From Minisyncoccota bacterium (lineage in GTDB: Bacteria; Patescibacteriota; Minisyncoccia; Phycocordibacterales; UBA9973): a stretch of DNA of 64,000 nucleotides. The stretch lies in contig JAIPHX010000003.1 in assembly GCA_021734995.1 (NCBI GenBank), forward strand, positions 75,969 to 139,968. The letters run 5' to 3'. The translations under genes were made by a program, and so were the position numbers. Positions 1 to 9,470 of this stretch are shown here, piece by piece. Position 1 is the first letter of the stretch. Each line of letters begins with the position of its first letter. The notes beneath the pieces were generated by a model that was given only the letters and a program-made list of their open reading frames with translations, made no database searches and was not told the DNA's origin.

Positions 1-257
1 CCGTGTGTTTTTTCATATGTAGGCATTATATCACAAAATTATCTTTGTATTAGATATTGATAATATTATTTTGTGTTTAAAAACTTGCTTTTATTTAAAT
101 AGTATGATATACTTGTGATGTGAGTGTGAGGTTGATCCTCACTCTTAATCGAAAAACATATGTGCCGTAAAAGCCCCCTGATGTAAGTCGGTGGGTTTTT
201 ACGTTTTATGTTGCAAATATTATGAATATATGTAGTATTAATTTTAATTAAAGTTTT

Positions 258-1049
258 TTGAAATTATTGAAACTGGAGGCAGAAATGCTTATATTCTCAG
301 ATTTTGACGGGACTATAGCAGAAACTTTTCTGCCTAGTCCTAATAATATTGGGGTAAATCAGGCTTATGAAATAGCCTGTGAAAAAATATGGGGTAATGT
401 AGGGGTAAAAAGATTCCATGCTGTTGGGGGATTACTAAACAGAGCACCTGTCCAATTAATTGAACATATGATGATGGATGATTGTAATTGGTGGCTAGAG
501 AACAGTAAATCTTTTTGGGATTTTAATAAAAATAAAGCAGAACTAAATCTCATACCTGAAGGTATGGGCGTGTCTCTAGAAAGAGATACACCTCCATTAT
601 TATTTATGTCTGAAGTTTTGGTGCGGGTAAAACTTCAGATTATGATGAAGGAAATCTCTCCAGAATGGCCCCTTCCATGCAAGGGGTTTTTGGGATTCTA
701 TAAAAAATTTCAAGGGGATTTGGCAATAATATCTTCGGGACATGATCTGTTTATTCAAAAAGTTTTTAATTCATGGGGAGTTAGAATGCCTTTTTGTTTG
801 ATTACAGATGATGTGATGCGAAGTGACCAGGCCTCCATACCTCTGGAAAAAAGATTTAAGCCCCAAATTGGTGCATTTATTTTTTTTGAAAAAAAATATG
901 GCCCCATAAAAAAGGACCAAACTGTTTATGTGGGGGATAGTTTGGTACACGATGGGGGCCTCGCCGAAAACTTTGGGATACCATTTATTTGGTTTTCTAA
1001 AGAAAAAGGTGGGGTAGATAATTGGGAATTAATAAAAGGCTGGCAATGA
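258..1049 (+). CDS. HAD-superfamily hydrolase
   Basis: Motif I DFDGT, motif IV YVGDS...D; likely start ATG 285. Confidence 0.8.
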   Translation: MKLLKLEAEMLIFSDFDGTIAETFLPSPNNIGVNQAYEIACEKIWGNVGVKRFHAVGGLLNRAPVQLIEHMMMDDCNWWLENSKSFWDFNKNKAELNLIPEGMGVSLERDTPPLLFMSEVLVRVKLQIMMKEISPEWPLPCKGFLGFYKKFQGDLAIISSGHDLFIQKVFNSWGVRMPFCLITDDVMRSDQASIPLEKRFKPQIGAFIFFEKKYGPIKKDQTVYVGDSLVHDGGLAENFGIPFIWFSKEKGGVDNWELIKGWQ

Positions 1050-1175
1050 TTTGCTGGCCTTATTTATTCTGTATAAGCTCAGATATGTATGGCAGTCTTG
1101 ATTGATAAAAACTAGTATGCAGATACATTTAAATTGTTTACTTTTATCTATATTATGATATATTAACTTCTGTAA

Positions 1176-1251
1176 GGGCCCTTAGCTTAGTTGGTAGAGC
1201 GCCTCATTTGCAATGAGGAGGTCAGGAGTTCGAATCTCCTAGGGTCCACCA
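1176..1251 (+). tRNA. tRNA-Ala(UGC)
   Basis: Cloverleaf GGGCCCT/AGGGTCC with G3:U70, anticodon arm CCTCA-TTTGCAA-TGAGG, T-loop TTCGAAT, encoded CCA. Confidence 0.97.
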
Positions 1252-1253
1252 GT

Positions 1254-1514
1254 ATGCCAGCAAAAGAACAATTAATTGACTTTGCGTATTCTCTAAAAAA
1301 TGTATTGGAGTCTGTTCCAAATGGGTTGATTTGGATACTTTTTGCTGTAGGTATTTTGATTGCAGGTACTTTTACTGCTATTTTGATTTATCATTGGAAA
1401 CATTTTGGGGTAGAAAGTAAATTGATTGTGAAAGGGGAGAGAATGTATTATATCGGTATAGCAATCCTGATTATTGTAATGCTTGTTACCGCTTTTATGT
1501 TTACTAATAAATAA
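1254..1514 (+). CDS. small two-TM membrane protein
   Basis: ATG 2 nt after tRNA CCA (MPAKEQ...); two hydrophobic segments. Confidence 0.7.
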   Translation: MPAKEQLIDFAYSLKNVLESVPNGLIWILFAVGILIAGTFTAILIYHWKHFGVESKLIVKGERMYYIGIAILIIVMLVTAFMFTNK

Positions 1515-1517
1515 CTT

Positions 1518-2024
1518 ATGTCACTTTTTTTAGAAAATGAAAAATTAATATTTGAAGCTAGAAAACATTCTTTCTATTTTTATGCGCATGTGACAGGTGT
1601 AAGTATTATTGCAATTCTTCCTTTACTTATCCATAGAATAACAATTATTTTTGTACCAATAGAGCATTCTGTCGCGTTGATTTCTTTCTTGCTATTTTTC
1701 TATGCACTTTATCTTTTAATTCCTTGGATTTACGCATTTGTTACATGGACTGATTATAGTATGGATGCATGGTTTGTAACTGATAGCAGAGTTGTTGATT
1801 TTGAATTGAAAGGACTTTTCAAAAGTGAAGTAGCAAGTGTAAATTTAAGTGAGATTCAAGATATTAAAGTAGAGGTAAATGGAATAATTGAAAATATGCT
1901 CAAGATTGGGGATGTCCATATTCAGACAGCAGGGGCTAGTAAAGAGTTTGTGATCAATGGGATAGCTAATCCAGCAGAGTTGAAAAACAAAATACTGGAG
2001 GCAAAGAATGTCTATAAAAGATAG
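1518..2024 (+). CDS. membrane protein with bacterial PH domain
   Basis: 2 TMs then W.VTD.RV...L.EIQDI.V...GDVHIQTAG pattern. Confidence 0.8.
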   Translation: MSLFLENEKLIFEARKHSFYFYAHVTGVSIIAILPLLIHRITIIFVPIEHSVALISFLLFFYALYLLIPWIYAFVTWTDYSMDAWFVTDSRVVDFELKGLFKSEVASVNLSEIQDIKVEVNGIIENMLKIGDVHIQTAGASKEFVINGIANPAELKNKILEAKNVYKR

Positions 2025-2128
2025 GGGAATATGGATAAAGTGAAAGGAAAGAGGTCTTTAAGATTTTATGCTTGTTTTTTGTGATATTTTTGGTAATATA
2101 ATTAAAGTTCTTTCAACAATTAAAACAT

Positions 2129-2448
2129 TCGGGAGTAGCTCAGCGGTAGAGCGGTCGCCTGTGGAAATGTATTACGCAGCTTTCTATCTAAAGATAGATC
2201 GAAAACGAGGTGAATTCGGGGAAGCCCAATCTTATAACAAGAGGGTAATCCCGAGCCAAGCCCTTTAATAGGGAAGGTGTAGAGACTATCCTTTATGGAG
2301 TAGCTTCATAATTTATTTATGTTGCGAAGCGCCTCGCTTCTAAGTCTTGAGAGTAATCAAAAGATATGAAGATGATATAGTCCATACTTCTAGTAATAGA
2401 AGATAAAATGTAAGCGATTGGTCGTAGGTTCGATCCCTACCTCCCGAG
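2129..2448 (+). tRNA. tRNA-Asn(GUU) interrupted by group I intron (exons 2129-2162 and 2411-2448)
   Basis: Spliced exons give acceptor TCGGGAG/CTCCCGA, G73, anticodon arm GTCGC-CTGT^TAA-GCGAT, T-arm GTAGG-TTCGATC-CCTAC; followed by CAA, not CCA. Confidence 0.92.
2163..2410 (+). ncRNA. group I self-splicing intron, no ORF, anticodon position 35/36
   Basis: 5' exon ends in U; exon CUGU pairs with intron GCAG (P1, U.G at splice site); P7 GACUA/UAGUC in GTAGAGACTA and GATATAGTCC; terminal G2410. Confidence 0.9.
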
Positions 2449-3993
2449 CAATGTTTTGTATTTAGTGCTATTTTTACTTTTTACCTTACTGGTATTAGGT
2501 TTTTTGAGTTCGAAGATTTGTTGAGCGTCAATTCGCTCTTGAATCCTCTTTGAAATCTTTTTTACCGAACTTTTCAATACTGTATTGGCTTTTTTGTCTT
2601 TTAATATCAAGTTCGAAAAAATATGAGATAAAAGCAGTCGGCGCTCCTCCGGACTTCTCTTTTCGTAAATTTCTCTGGCCCGGCGTGCTAGATCAAGGAT
2701 GTTGATGTAAAGCTCAAAGTATTTCGTCTCTTCATTTTTGAGCTTGGTTATTTTATTCTGAATTTCTGCTTGCTCGGCATTTATTTCTTTCTGTTTGCTT
2801 TCCCACTTTTCTGGAGTTATCTTTTCTGACAGTCGGTCGTTGTAGAGTATATCCAACTGCCTCTGTAATGAGTTATAGCGTTGATCCAGAGCTTTAAGAG
2901 TGTTTTCCTTGTATTCAGCTTCTAGCTTGTGATCAGCTTTAATTCTGTCTCGTATAATGTCCGCTTCTTTTTCAGTTATATTTTCAAAGAAACTAAATAC
3001 TCCCATTAAGGAAGTATCCAAATCCGTTTCCTTTGTCATCCCTTTTTGGGTGCATGGTCGGTTGTGCTTGCAGGAGTAGTAAATAGTTCCTTTCTGTATC
3101 TCGCCACTGATTGAGCCACCACACTCTCCGCACTCTATCATTTTACTGAATTGGAATGTATGTCTTTTGTAATGTGGAGATTTTCCGCGTGTTAGCGTAA
3201 ATTGAACCTTTTCAAATAATTCTTTGGATACTAGAGGGGCGTGAAGGCCATTCGTGTAGGTAATGTCATTCCACCTTATACTGCCCATATAGAATGGGTC
3301 GCGTAATATGTCCTCCAACCTGCTCTTTGAGAGCTTGCTACCATTCCGGGTCCTTAATCCATCTTCATACAGCTTTTCTCGCAGAGATATCAATGAATAG
3401 TTCCCGGTTGAGTAATACTCAAACGCTTTTCTCATAAACGGAGCTTTTGTCTCGTCAAACACATGGGTCTTGTGGCCCTTCTCGCCAACTGTTTTGTATC
3501 CAAGTGGTGGTTTGGCTGGAAGCCAACCCTGCGCAATTTTTTCCTTCTGACCTTTTTTCACTTCTTCAGAAAGATTTGAGATGTATTTTTTAGCAAGAAC
3601 TATTTCAATATCCCAACGAAATTTTTCATCTGATTTAGCATTTCTATGAATTACAAGATTTTGCTTCACAAAATGAATTTGTCTTTTTTCATCTGCTTCA
3701 ATCCAGTCATTAGCAACAACTGCTTCTTTTAGATTTCTAGTAAGACGATCAACTTTTTCACAAAGAAGAATTGGTATATTCTTCTTACTAATAAACTCAA
3801 TCATTTCTCCGAATATTTTTCTTTGCTTTGATCCACTAGCTGATTCAGCTATTGAAAAAACTTTTACAACATCAAACCCCTTACGAGTAGCATATTCTAC
3901 AAGTAATTTTTCTTGTGCCGGAAGAGAATAACCAGTTTCTTCTTGTTCTCTCGATGATACTCTGCAATAGATTACACATTTATTTTTTTCCAT
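2437..3993 (-). CDS. large serine recombinase (resolvase + recombinase + zinc ribbon + coiled coil), C-terminus truncated by integration
   Basis: YCRVSS catalytic motif, EKVDRLTRN, PPLGY, CGECG...YYSCKHNRPC; last codons and stop read antisense through the tRNA 3' end. Confidence 0.93.
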   Translation of the reverse strand: MEKNKCVIYCRVSSREQEETGYSLPAQEKLLVEYATRKGFDVVKVFSIAESASGSKQRKIFGEMIEFISKKNIPILLCEKVDRLTRNLKEAVVANDWIEADEKRQIHFVKQNLVIHRNAKSDEKFRWDIEIVLAKKYISNLSEEVKKGQKEKIAQGWLPAKPPLGYKTVGEKGHKTHVFDETKAPFMRKAFEYYSTGNYSLISLREKLYEDGLRTRNGSKLSKSRLEDILRDPFYMGSIRWNDITYTNGLHAPLVSKELFEKVQFTLTRGKSPHYKRHTFQFSKMIECGECGGSISGEIQKGTIYYSCKHNRPCTQKGMTKETDLDTSLMGVFSFFENITEKEADIIRDRIKADHKLEAEYKENTLKALDQRYNSLQRQLDILYNDRLSEKITPEKWESKQKEINAEQAEIQNKITKLKNEETKYFELYINILDLARRAREIYEKRSPEERRLLLSHIFSNLILKDKKANTVLKSSVKKISKRIQERIDAQQIFELKKPNTSKVKSKNSTKYKTLLGR

Positions 3994-4131
3994 GTTTTTA
4001 TATTATATCTTAAAACTAATAATTTCTTAAATTGAGAGAATGTTCTCTCTTGGTTTTATCTATGATGTATTCTCTGTATATAGTATTTATGCAAGAACCA
4101 GCAATCAGTTTGCTGAAATCAACAAACTAGT

Positions 4132-4509
4132 TTACCCATATAAACTTCTACCAGAAGCTTTTTCTAATAAAGGGAAAAGTTTTTCTTTATCAATGTGAAA
4201 ATGTCTTTTTCTTGGCATTCCTCTTGATTCTACTAATAAAATTCCTAATTCTTTCCATATTTTTATAGCCCTGTCTTGCTCACTCCTAGTCATGCCAGTT
4301 TCTTTTTTTATTTCATCTATAGTCTTATAAATCCAATCTCGATCATATCCCTTATGCCACCAAAATAATAATTGCGAAAGAAATAGTCCAGCAAGTGAAC
4401 TATTGGAAATACGAGCTAAAATGGGATTAAACGCTATTGGTTTTTCTCCTAATTTTTCAATAATTAAAGAATTAAAATTCTTATTTAGTTTTTTGTTCAG
4501 CTCATTCAT
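4132..4509 (-). CDS. winged-helix protein resembling the N-terminus of phage replication initiators
   Basis: AGLFLSQLLFWW...WIYKT.DEI..ETGMTR.EQDRA...ELG pattern. Confidence 0.6.
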   Translation of the reverse strand: MNELNKKLNKNFNSLIIEKLGEKPIAFNPILARISNSSLAGLFLSQLLFWWHKGYDRDWIYKTIDEIKKETGMTRSEQDRAIKIWKELGILLVESRGMPRKRHFHIDKEKLFPLLEKASGRSLYG

Positions 4510-4517
4510 AAATTTTC

Positions 4518-4697
4518 TTAAATGTTAGAACCTAAAACTGGCCCTCTAGGAGCTGATACTAGGGGGTCAGTTTTAAGTGCCGACATTTCTTTTTGTTTAT
4601 CTTCATAATCAAATTTTGCTAGCAAATCAAAAAAGGAAGAGATGTCATCCAACTCAAAAATATCAAACTCTTCATTTGTTTGATTATTTAAGTTCAT
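4518..4697 (-). CDS. small hypothetical protein
   Basis: ATG 4697 (MNLNNQ...), overlaps upstream small gene, operon-like spacing. Confidence 0.5.
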   Translation of the reverse strand: MNLNNQTNEEFDIFELDDISSFFDLLAKFDYEDKQKEMSALKTDPLVSAPRGPVLGSNI

Positions 4698-4851
4698 TGT
4701 TGAAATACCAAAGACATATTTTTTCAACTGTCTTTGCAATAGTGCGATTATCTTCTACGGCCTTTTTCAAAAGCTTTTGGTGAATATAAGAATCAACACG
4801 AATCTGTTTCGTTATTCTTTTTCTTTTTGCACGATAAATTATCTTTACCAT
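4684..4851 (-). CDS. 55-aa ribbon-helix-helix-like DNA-binding protein (not in ORF track)
   Basis: MVKIIYRAKRKRITKQIRVDSYIHQKLLKKAVEDNRTIAKTVEKICLWYFNNELK; KQIRVD strand followed by two helices. Confidence 0.6.
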   Translation of the reverse strand: MVKIIYRAKRKRITKQIRVDSYIHQKLLKKAVEDNRTIAKTVEKICLWYFNNELK

Positions 4852-4983
4852 GCTTTAAGGATAGCTTTTTGAAAGTCATGTATGTAGATACGATAGAAAA
4901 ATTAGTAAATTAAAAATACCTAACGATTTATTGGATATTCTAGTTAGTTTGAAAAGCTCTCCACCGTATTTTTAGCGTATATC

Positions 4984-5607
4984 TTATTTTACTTTATATA
5001 CATCAGTATTTATCTCATATCCACCGTGTTTATTTATTATTAGAGGTTCTTTCTTTAACAGTTCAAGTTTATTATAAGTTCTTTCATTTACTTCTTTTAC
5101 AGTTCTAGCCCAGTTGTTTTTACCGTCTCCCAGCTCTGATCTTTTTAATGGTTTAGGACTATTTTTTAATTTATCTATTAAATCAATAGGATATTTTTCA
5201 AATTTAAAATCACATATAAAGACTTTACCATCTTTGTTTCTTTTTAGAGTATTGTCTTCAAAATATAAAATTATCAAACTATCTTCTTCTAATTCATTTT
5301 TAAGAGTTTTTATTTTTTCTCTTGTAGACCATGTATCTAATCTCCTTAAAAAAATACTGTTTTTAGACAATTCATCATCAAAACCAACTCTATTTTTTAT
5401 AACTAAATTAGTTTTTTCAATTACTTCAGATAATTTTTTTATATCTGCAACACTCACACCATACGCCCCCATGGAAGAGAAAGGTATTTCTATATGTTCC
5501 GAAGGACTAGTTTCATTCTGATATTTTTCAATCATATCTATTGATTCTAATAATTTATCACAGTCAGTTTTTGTTAGTTTATTTTTATTAACAATTTTTG
5601 GTTCCAT
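4984..5607 (-). CDS. hypothetical protein, probable C-terminal winged-helix regulator
   Basis: C-terminal ...RTVKEVNER...LIINKHGGYEIN resembles an OmpR-type wHTH wing. Confidence 0.5.
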   Translation of the reverse strand: MEPKIVNKNKLTKTDCDKLLESIDMIEKYQNETSPSEHIEIPFSSMGAYGVSVADIKKLSEVIEKTNLVIKNRVGFDDELSKNSIFLRRLDTWSTREKIKTLKNELEEDSLIILYFEDNTLKRNKDGKVFICDFKFEKYPIDLIDKLKNSPKPLKRSELGDGKNNWARTVKEVNERTYNKLELLKKEPLIINKHGGYEINTDVYKVK

Positions 5608-5636
5608 AATAAATATAATCTCATTTTTTTACGCTT

Positions 5637-5937
5637 TTGTCGACAATTTATTCTCCTATAACACCCCTTAAAATGCGACCATTTGCTCCACATATTTTCT
5701 TACGATTTCCTATGTGAAGAAAATACTTATTTTTTATTAAAAAATCATAATATGATATCAAACAAATAACTCGATAAATAAAGAATTTTTTGATCACACA
5801 ATCCCTCTTTATGCGACCTTTTGCGACCATATCAGACCCCACGTTTTCCCCCTATTTCCACCCATCATTATCAGACATTTTCAGATATCATGTTTCCGAC
5901 CATTTCCGCCGATATACTTTATTGTATTTGTCGACAA
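5637..5937. promoter_or_regulatory. two TTGTCGACAA palindromes (5637-5646, 5928-5937) in divergent intergenic region
   Basis: Identical 10-bp palindromes near the leftward gene start and the rightward promoter. Confidence 0.5.
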
Positions 5938-5995
5938 AAAGAGCTATTATAAAAATACAACGCCTAAACCAGAAATGGCATGGCTACATAAGAAT

Positions 5996-6146
5996 CCCAC
6001 GCAAATAGTAATGGCCTCATAGTCATCACCATTTGCGTGGGTCCATATTCGAAAGAGTATGGGGTATCCTCGAAAGAGGATACCAGATGGTCTGTGAGGC
6101 CTTTACTGTTTTCACAACCATATTATAAATTAAAAACCCACGCAAA
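5996..6146 (+). ncRNA. candidate structured leader RNA
   Basis: Four-helix fold 6013-6101 with two GAAA tetraloops; internal TTTGCGTGGG complementary to CCCACGCAAA at 5996-6005 and 6137-6146. Confidence 0.65.
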
Positions 6147-7100
6147 ATGAAAAAAATACAAATAGTTTTTTTGTTTATTTTTTGCCTTTTTTCTTTTAAT
6201 GCAGTTCATGCAGAAACTTTAATTATCAAATCGGTAGAAAAAAGAATTGAAGATATTGAAAAAATGAGAGAAAAATTAGATAAAGACAATGAGACAAATT
6301 ACAAACAACTCCAAGCCGAACTTAAAAGTTTAAGTGCTCAAATAGATAGTAATATAAAAAGTAATTTTACTTGTGTTCAGCCGGTTGCTATGTGTGATGA
6401 ATCTACTTACCAAAGAATAAGAGGAATCGCTATATCAAATGGTCTTACCCCAGACGCCATCGAACTTGCTCAATGCAGAGCCAAGATCGATGAGTATAAT
6501 CAAAAACTTCAAGAATATAATATATGTTTTCTAAATTGGCAAAATAAAAAGATTGAGGATTCAGCACAAATAGAATATAAAAATCAATTACAAATTTATG
6601 AATTAAAAGCAGAACTTTGGTGTATTGATAAAGAGGGATATTATTCTTCTTACAACAAAAACACTAAAGAATGTGAATGTGTAGAGGGTTCAACTTTTAT
6701 CAATGGAAAATGTAAAAGCAATCTAGAGAATCTTCTTTTTTGTGCCAAAAACTTTGGCTCATTATCTTACAGTGATGAAAAAGGAGCATGTGCATGTGAA
6801 GATGGAAGTCAGTTTGATTGGAATAATAATGGTCTTTGCACTAAAAAAGAAAGATCAGTAACTGAAAACAAGTATATCCCTATTAAAGAGCGTCAAGATA
6901 TCAAAACAGCAATTATCCCATCTTCAGAAGTAAAAGCCCCGGAAATCGCAAAAACAAGGGAGGAATTACCTTCTAAAAGTGAAGTAATCCCAGAGACACC
7001 CTTACCTGTGTCTATTTCTAATACACCAGACAACAAAATACCTCAAACTACCTTTTGGAAGAAATTAAAAATTAGCATATCCAAACTTAAGTTTTGGTAG
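6147..7100 (+). CDS. secreted Cys-rich (EGF-like) coiled-coil protein
   Basis: Signal peptide, CxC..G...C repeats, Pro-rich linker, C-terminal FWKKLK...KFW. Confidence 0.7.
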   Translation: MKKIQIVFLFIFCLFSFNAVHAETLIIKSVEKRIEDIEKMREKLDKDNETNYKQLQAELKSLSAQIDSNIKSNFTCVQPVAMCDESTYQRIRGIAISNGLTPDAIELAQCRAKIDEYNQKLQEYNICFLNWQNKKIEDSAQIEYKNQLQIYELKAELWCIDKEGYYSSYNKNTKECECVEGSTFINGKCKSNLENLLFCAKNFGSLSYSDEKGACACEDGSQFDWNNNGLCTKKERSVTENKYIPIKERQDIKTAIIPSSEVKAPEIAKTREELPSKSEVIPETPLPVSISNTPDNKIPQTTFWKKLKISISKLKFW

Positions 7101-7107
7101 AATTTTT

Positions 7108-7371
7108 ATGCAAATAAATTTATTATTTTGGGTATTTATATTGATTACTTTCACTGGAACATCTCTATATTATTTAGGTAAGACAAAAAGAGGTAATCAA
7201 AGTGAAGTTATTAAATTTTCTGGTGGAATTATTACATTTGGCATTTTGATTACTTCTTTCTTTTTCTTGGGGTGGAAAATTGCTATTTTGTTAATCATTA
7301 TAGAATTTACAATTATTAGTTTTGTTTCTGCTTTTTTGATTGAATCTATTATGAAAAAGCGTATTAAATAA
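7108..7371 (+). CDS. small membrane protein
   Basis: 3 hydrophobic segments. Confidence 0.6.
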   Translation: MQINLLFWVFILITFTGTSLYYLGKTKRGNQSEVIKFSGGIITFGILITSFFFLGWKIAILLIIIEFTIISFVSAFLIESIMKKRIK

Positions 7372-7389
7372 TTTATTTATAAAAGTTTT

Positions 7390-7818
7390 ATGGATAAAGA
7401 TATAGAAAAATTAAAATTATTAACAATAAACATGCTTCAAGAAACACAAAATAATGACATGGAACACAAACAACAATTAAAAAATTTAGTAATAAGTATT
7501 TTATTAACCCTTTTGCCGATTCTGATATTTATGCTAATTCCCAGTATGGGAAATAAATACTTTGATATGTTTTCCGGTAGAATAATGTATATTAGCTCTG
7601 ATCATTTCTTTTCTTTTTCACCAATCTTTGTTTTGAATTTACTGTATTTTCTACCACCAATAATCTGGATCTTTTCAATATGGTTTTGTCTTAAAATTAG
7701 AAGAGGAATACAAGACCGAAAATCATTTTTTAACTATTTCAATTTAATTTTAATTGTTTTAGGTAGTGTTGAACTCTTATATTCTTTATGGTTTTTATAT
7801 AGGTATTATTTACTGTAA
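7390..7818 (+). CDS. membrane protein
   Basis: 3 hydrophobic segments. Confidence 0.6.
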   Translation: MDKDIEKLKLLTINMLQETQNNDMEHKQQLKNLVISILLTLLPILIFMLIPSMGNKYFDMFSGRIMYISSDHFFSFSPIFVLNLLYFLPPIIWIFSIWFCLKIRRGIQDRKSFFNYFNLILIVLGSVELLYSLWFLYRYYLL

Positions 7819-7902
7819 ATGTGCTAGAATAAACTTATATCAGAAAATATTAGGTATCTATTTTGAGATTGGATATCTTTTTGGTTTTATTTTGAAAATG
7901 AG

Positions 7903-9468
7903 ATGAAAATAAAGAAAATACAACTTATAAATTTTAAGAGATTTGATGATTTGACAATTGATTTAGGGAATATGCCTAAAAAGATTATTGCTTTAGTCGG
8001 CCCCAATGGATCAGGAAAAAGTTCGGTTTTTGATGCATTTGAAGAAAAACTTAAAAACTATAAGGGGACACATCAACAAGAACACGCTTCTTTTTTTGCT
8101 AAACTTTATTTTTCGATTTTTCCTGAAAAGAAAAGTGAATCTTATAATAAAGAAAATTCTATAAAAATAGAAAATGACAATAATAATGAATTTAATAAAA
8201 AAAGTTTTTACATAAGAACAGCCTATCGATTTACTTCAAGATTACAGGTAGATAATTTGAGAAAATTACCTGATGTGATTGATGATGTTAATAGGCCTTA
8301 TAGCTCAAATGCTATGGATAATAGATTGCAGGAAAATTATGAACGGATGTTAAGTAAAGCCTTTCAAGAATTTTTTAATGACACTTCTGGCAAGACGGGT
8401 TTAGTAACAAGAAAGGAACTTATTGATAAAATCAATAATATTTTAGGTAATATTTTAGATATTAAAATATCAAACATTGGTGATGTAACTCAAGGAAAAG
8501 GGCAATTGTTCTTTGAAAAAGAAAGTTCAAAAGATTTTCCTTTTGAAAATCTATCTTCTGGTGAAAAAGAGGTGGTAGATATTATTATAGATTTAATTAT
8601 AAAAACCCCAGAATATGATAACACTGTTTATGCTATAGATGAGCCTGAATTACATCTTAATACTAGCATTCAAAGAAAATTATTGATTGAAATTGAAAAA
8701 CTTATTCCTGATAATTGTCAGATATGGGTAGCGACACACAGTGTGGGATTTTTAAGATCCTTACAAGAAGAACTAAAAGAAAAATCCCAAATAATTGATT
8801 TTTCAGAAAAAGATTGTTTTAATGGAACTCAAACTGCTTACCCAATCAAAACAACTAGACAAAACTGGCAAAGAATTTTTCAAACTGCCCTAGAAGACCT
8901 CACTGGATTAGTAGCTCCAGAAGTAATAATTTATTGTGAGGGTAGACCGGACCCAACAAATTCAGGAGGAGAACAAGGGTTAGACGCAAGTATTTATAAC
9001 TTAATTTTTGGAGAAACTAACCATAATACATTATTTGTCTCGAGTGGAGGAAATGATGTAATTGCTAATTCTACCCTAGCATTAAAAATAATAACTAAAG
9101 CATTTACTAAAGTAAAATTATTTCTACTTAAGGATCGTGACGATCTAACTGAGCAGGAAAGAATCGATTTTCTTGGTGCTTCAAGTAGTAATAAGATGTT
9201 GGAAAGAAGAGAAATAGAAAATTATGTTTTTGACTATGAGATACTAAATGCCTACGCAGTTTCAATAAGTAATAATATAAATAAAACGGATTATGATAAA
9301 ATTGTAACTGATATAGAAAATCAAGATCTTAAATTAGGAACTACTATGGTGGATTTACAAAAATTAGTAAATGGTAAAGGTTCTTTGGAGAGTTTCAAAA
9401 TAGAGTTGTCAAAATTCATAATTCCTACCACAGAAGTATATAAAAGACTTTACACAGTAATTTTTTAA
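7903..9468 (+). CDS. ABC-type ATPase fused to TOPRIM-like nuclease domain (OLD-like)
   Basis: Walker A GPNGSGKS, signature LSSGE, Walker B IDEPELH, ATHS; C-terminal YCEG, DRDD, EIENY. Confidence 0.8.
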   Translation: MKIKKIQLINFKRFDDLTIDLGNMPKKIIALVGPNGSGKSSVFDAFEEKLKNYKGTHQQEHASFFAKLYFSIFPEKKSESYNKENSIKIENDNNNEFNKKSFYIRTAYRFTSRLQVDNLRKLPDVIDDVNRPYSSNAMDNRLQENYERMLSKAFQEFFNDTSGKTGLVTRKELIDKINNILGNILDIKISNIGDVTQGKGQLFFEKESSKDFPFENLSSGEKEVVDIIIDLIIKTPEYDNTVYAIDEPELHLNTSIQRKLLIEIEKLIPDNCQIWVATHSVGFLRSLQEELKEKSQIIDFSEKDCFNGTQTAYPIKTTRQNWQRIFQTALEDLTGLVAPEVIIYCEGRPDPTNSGGEQGLDASIYNLIFGETNHNTLFVSSGGNDVIANSTLALKIITKAFTKVKLFLLKDRDDLTEQERIDFLGASSSNKMLERREIENYVFDYEILNAYAVSISNNINKTDYDKIVTDIENQDLKLGTTMVDLQKLVNGKGSLESFKIELSKFIIPTTEVYKRLYTVIF

Positions 9469-9470
9469 TT

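Noticed and set aside
1191-1253. N-terminal extension of ORF 1191..1514
   Set aside because: Lies inside tRNA-Ala; the real start is probably ATG 1254.
2068-2268. 66-aa ORF or intron homing endonuclease
   Set aside because: Overlaps the tRNA exon and ribozyme core; the intron is too short and has no nuclease motif.
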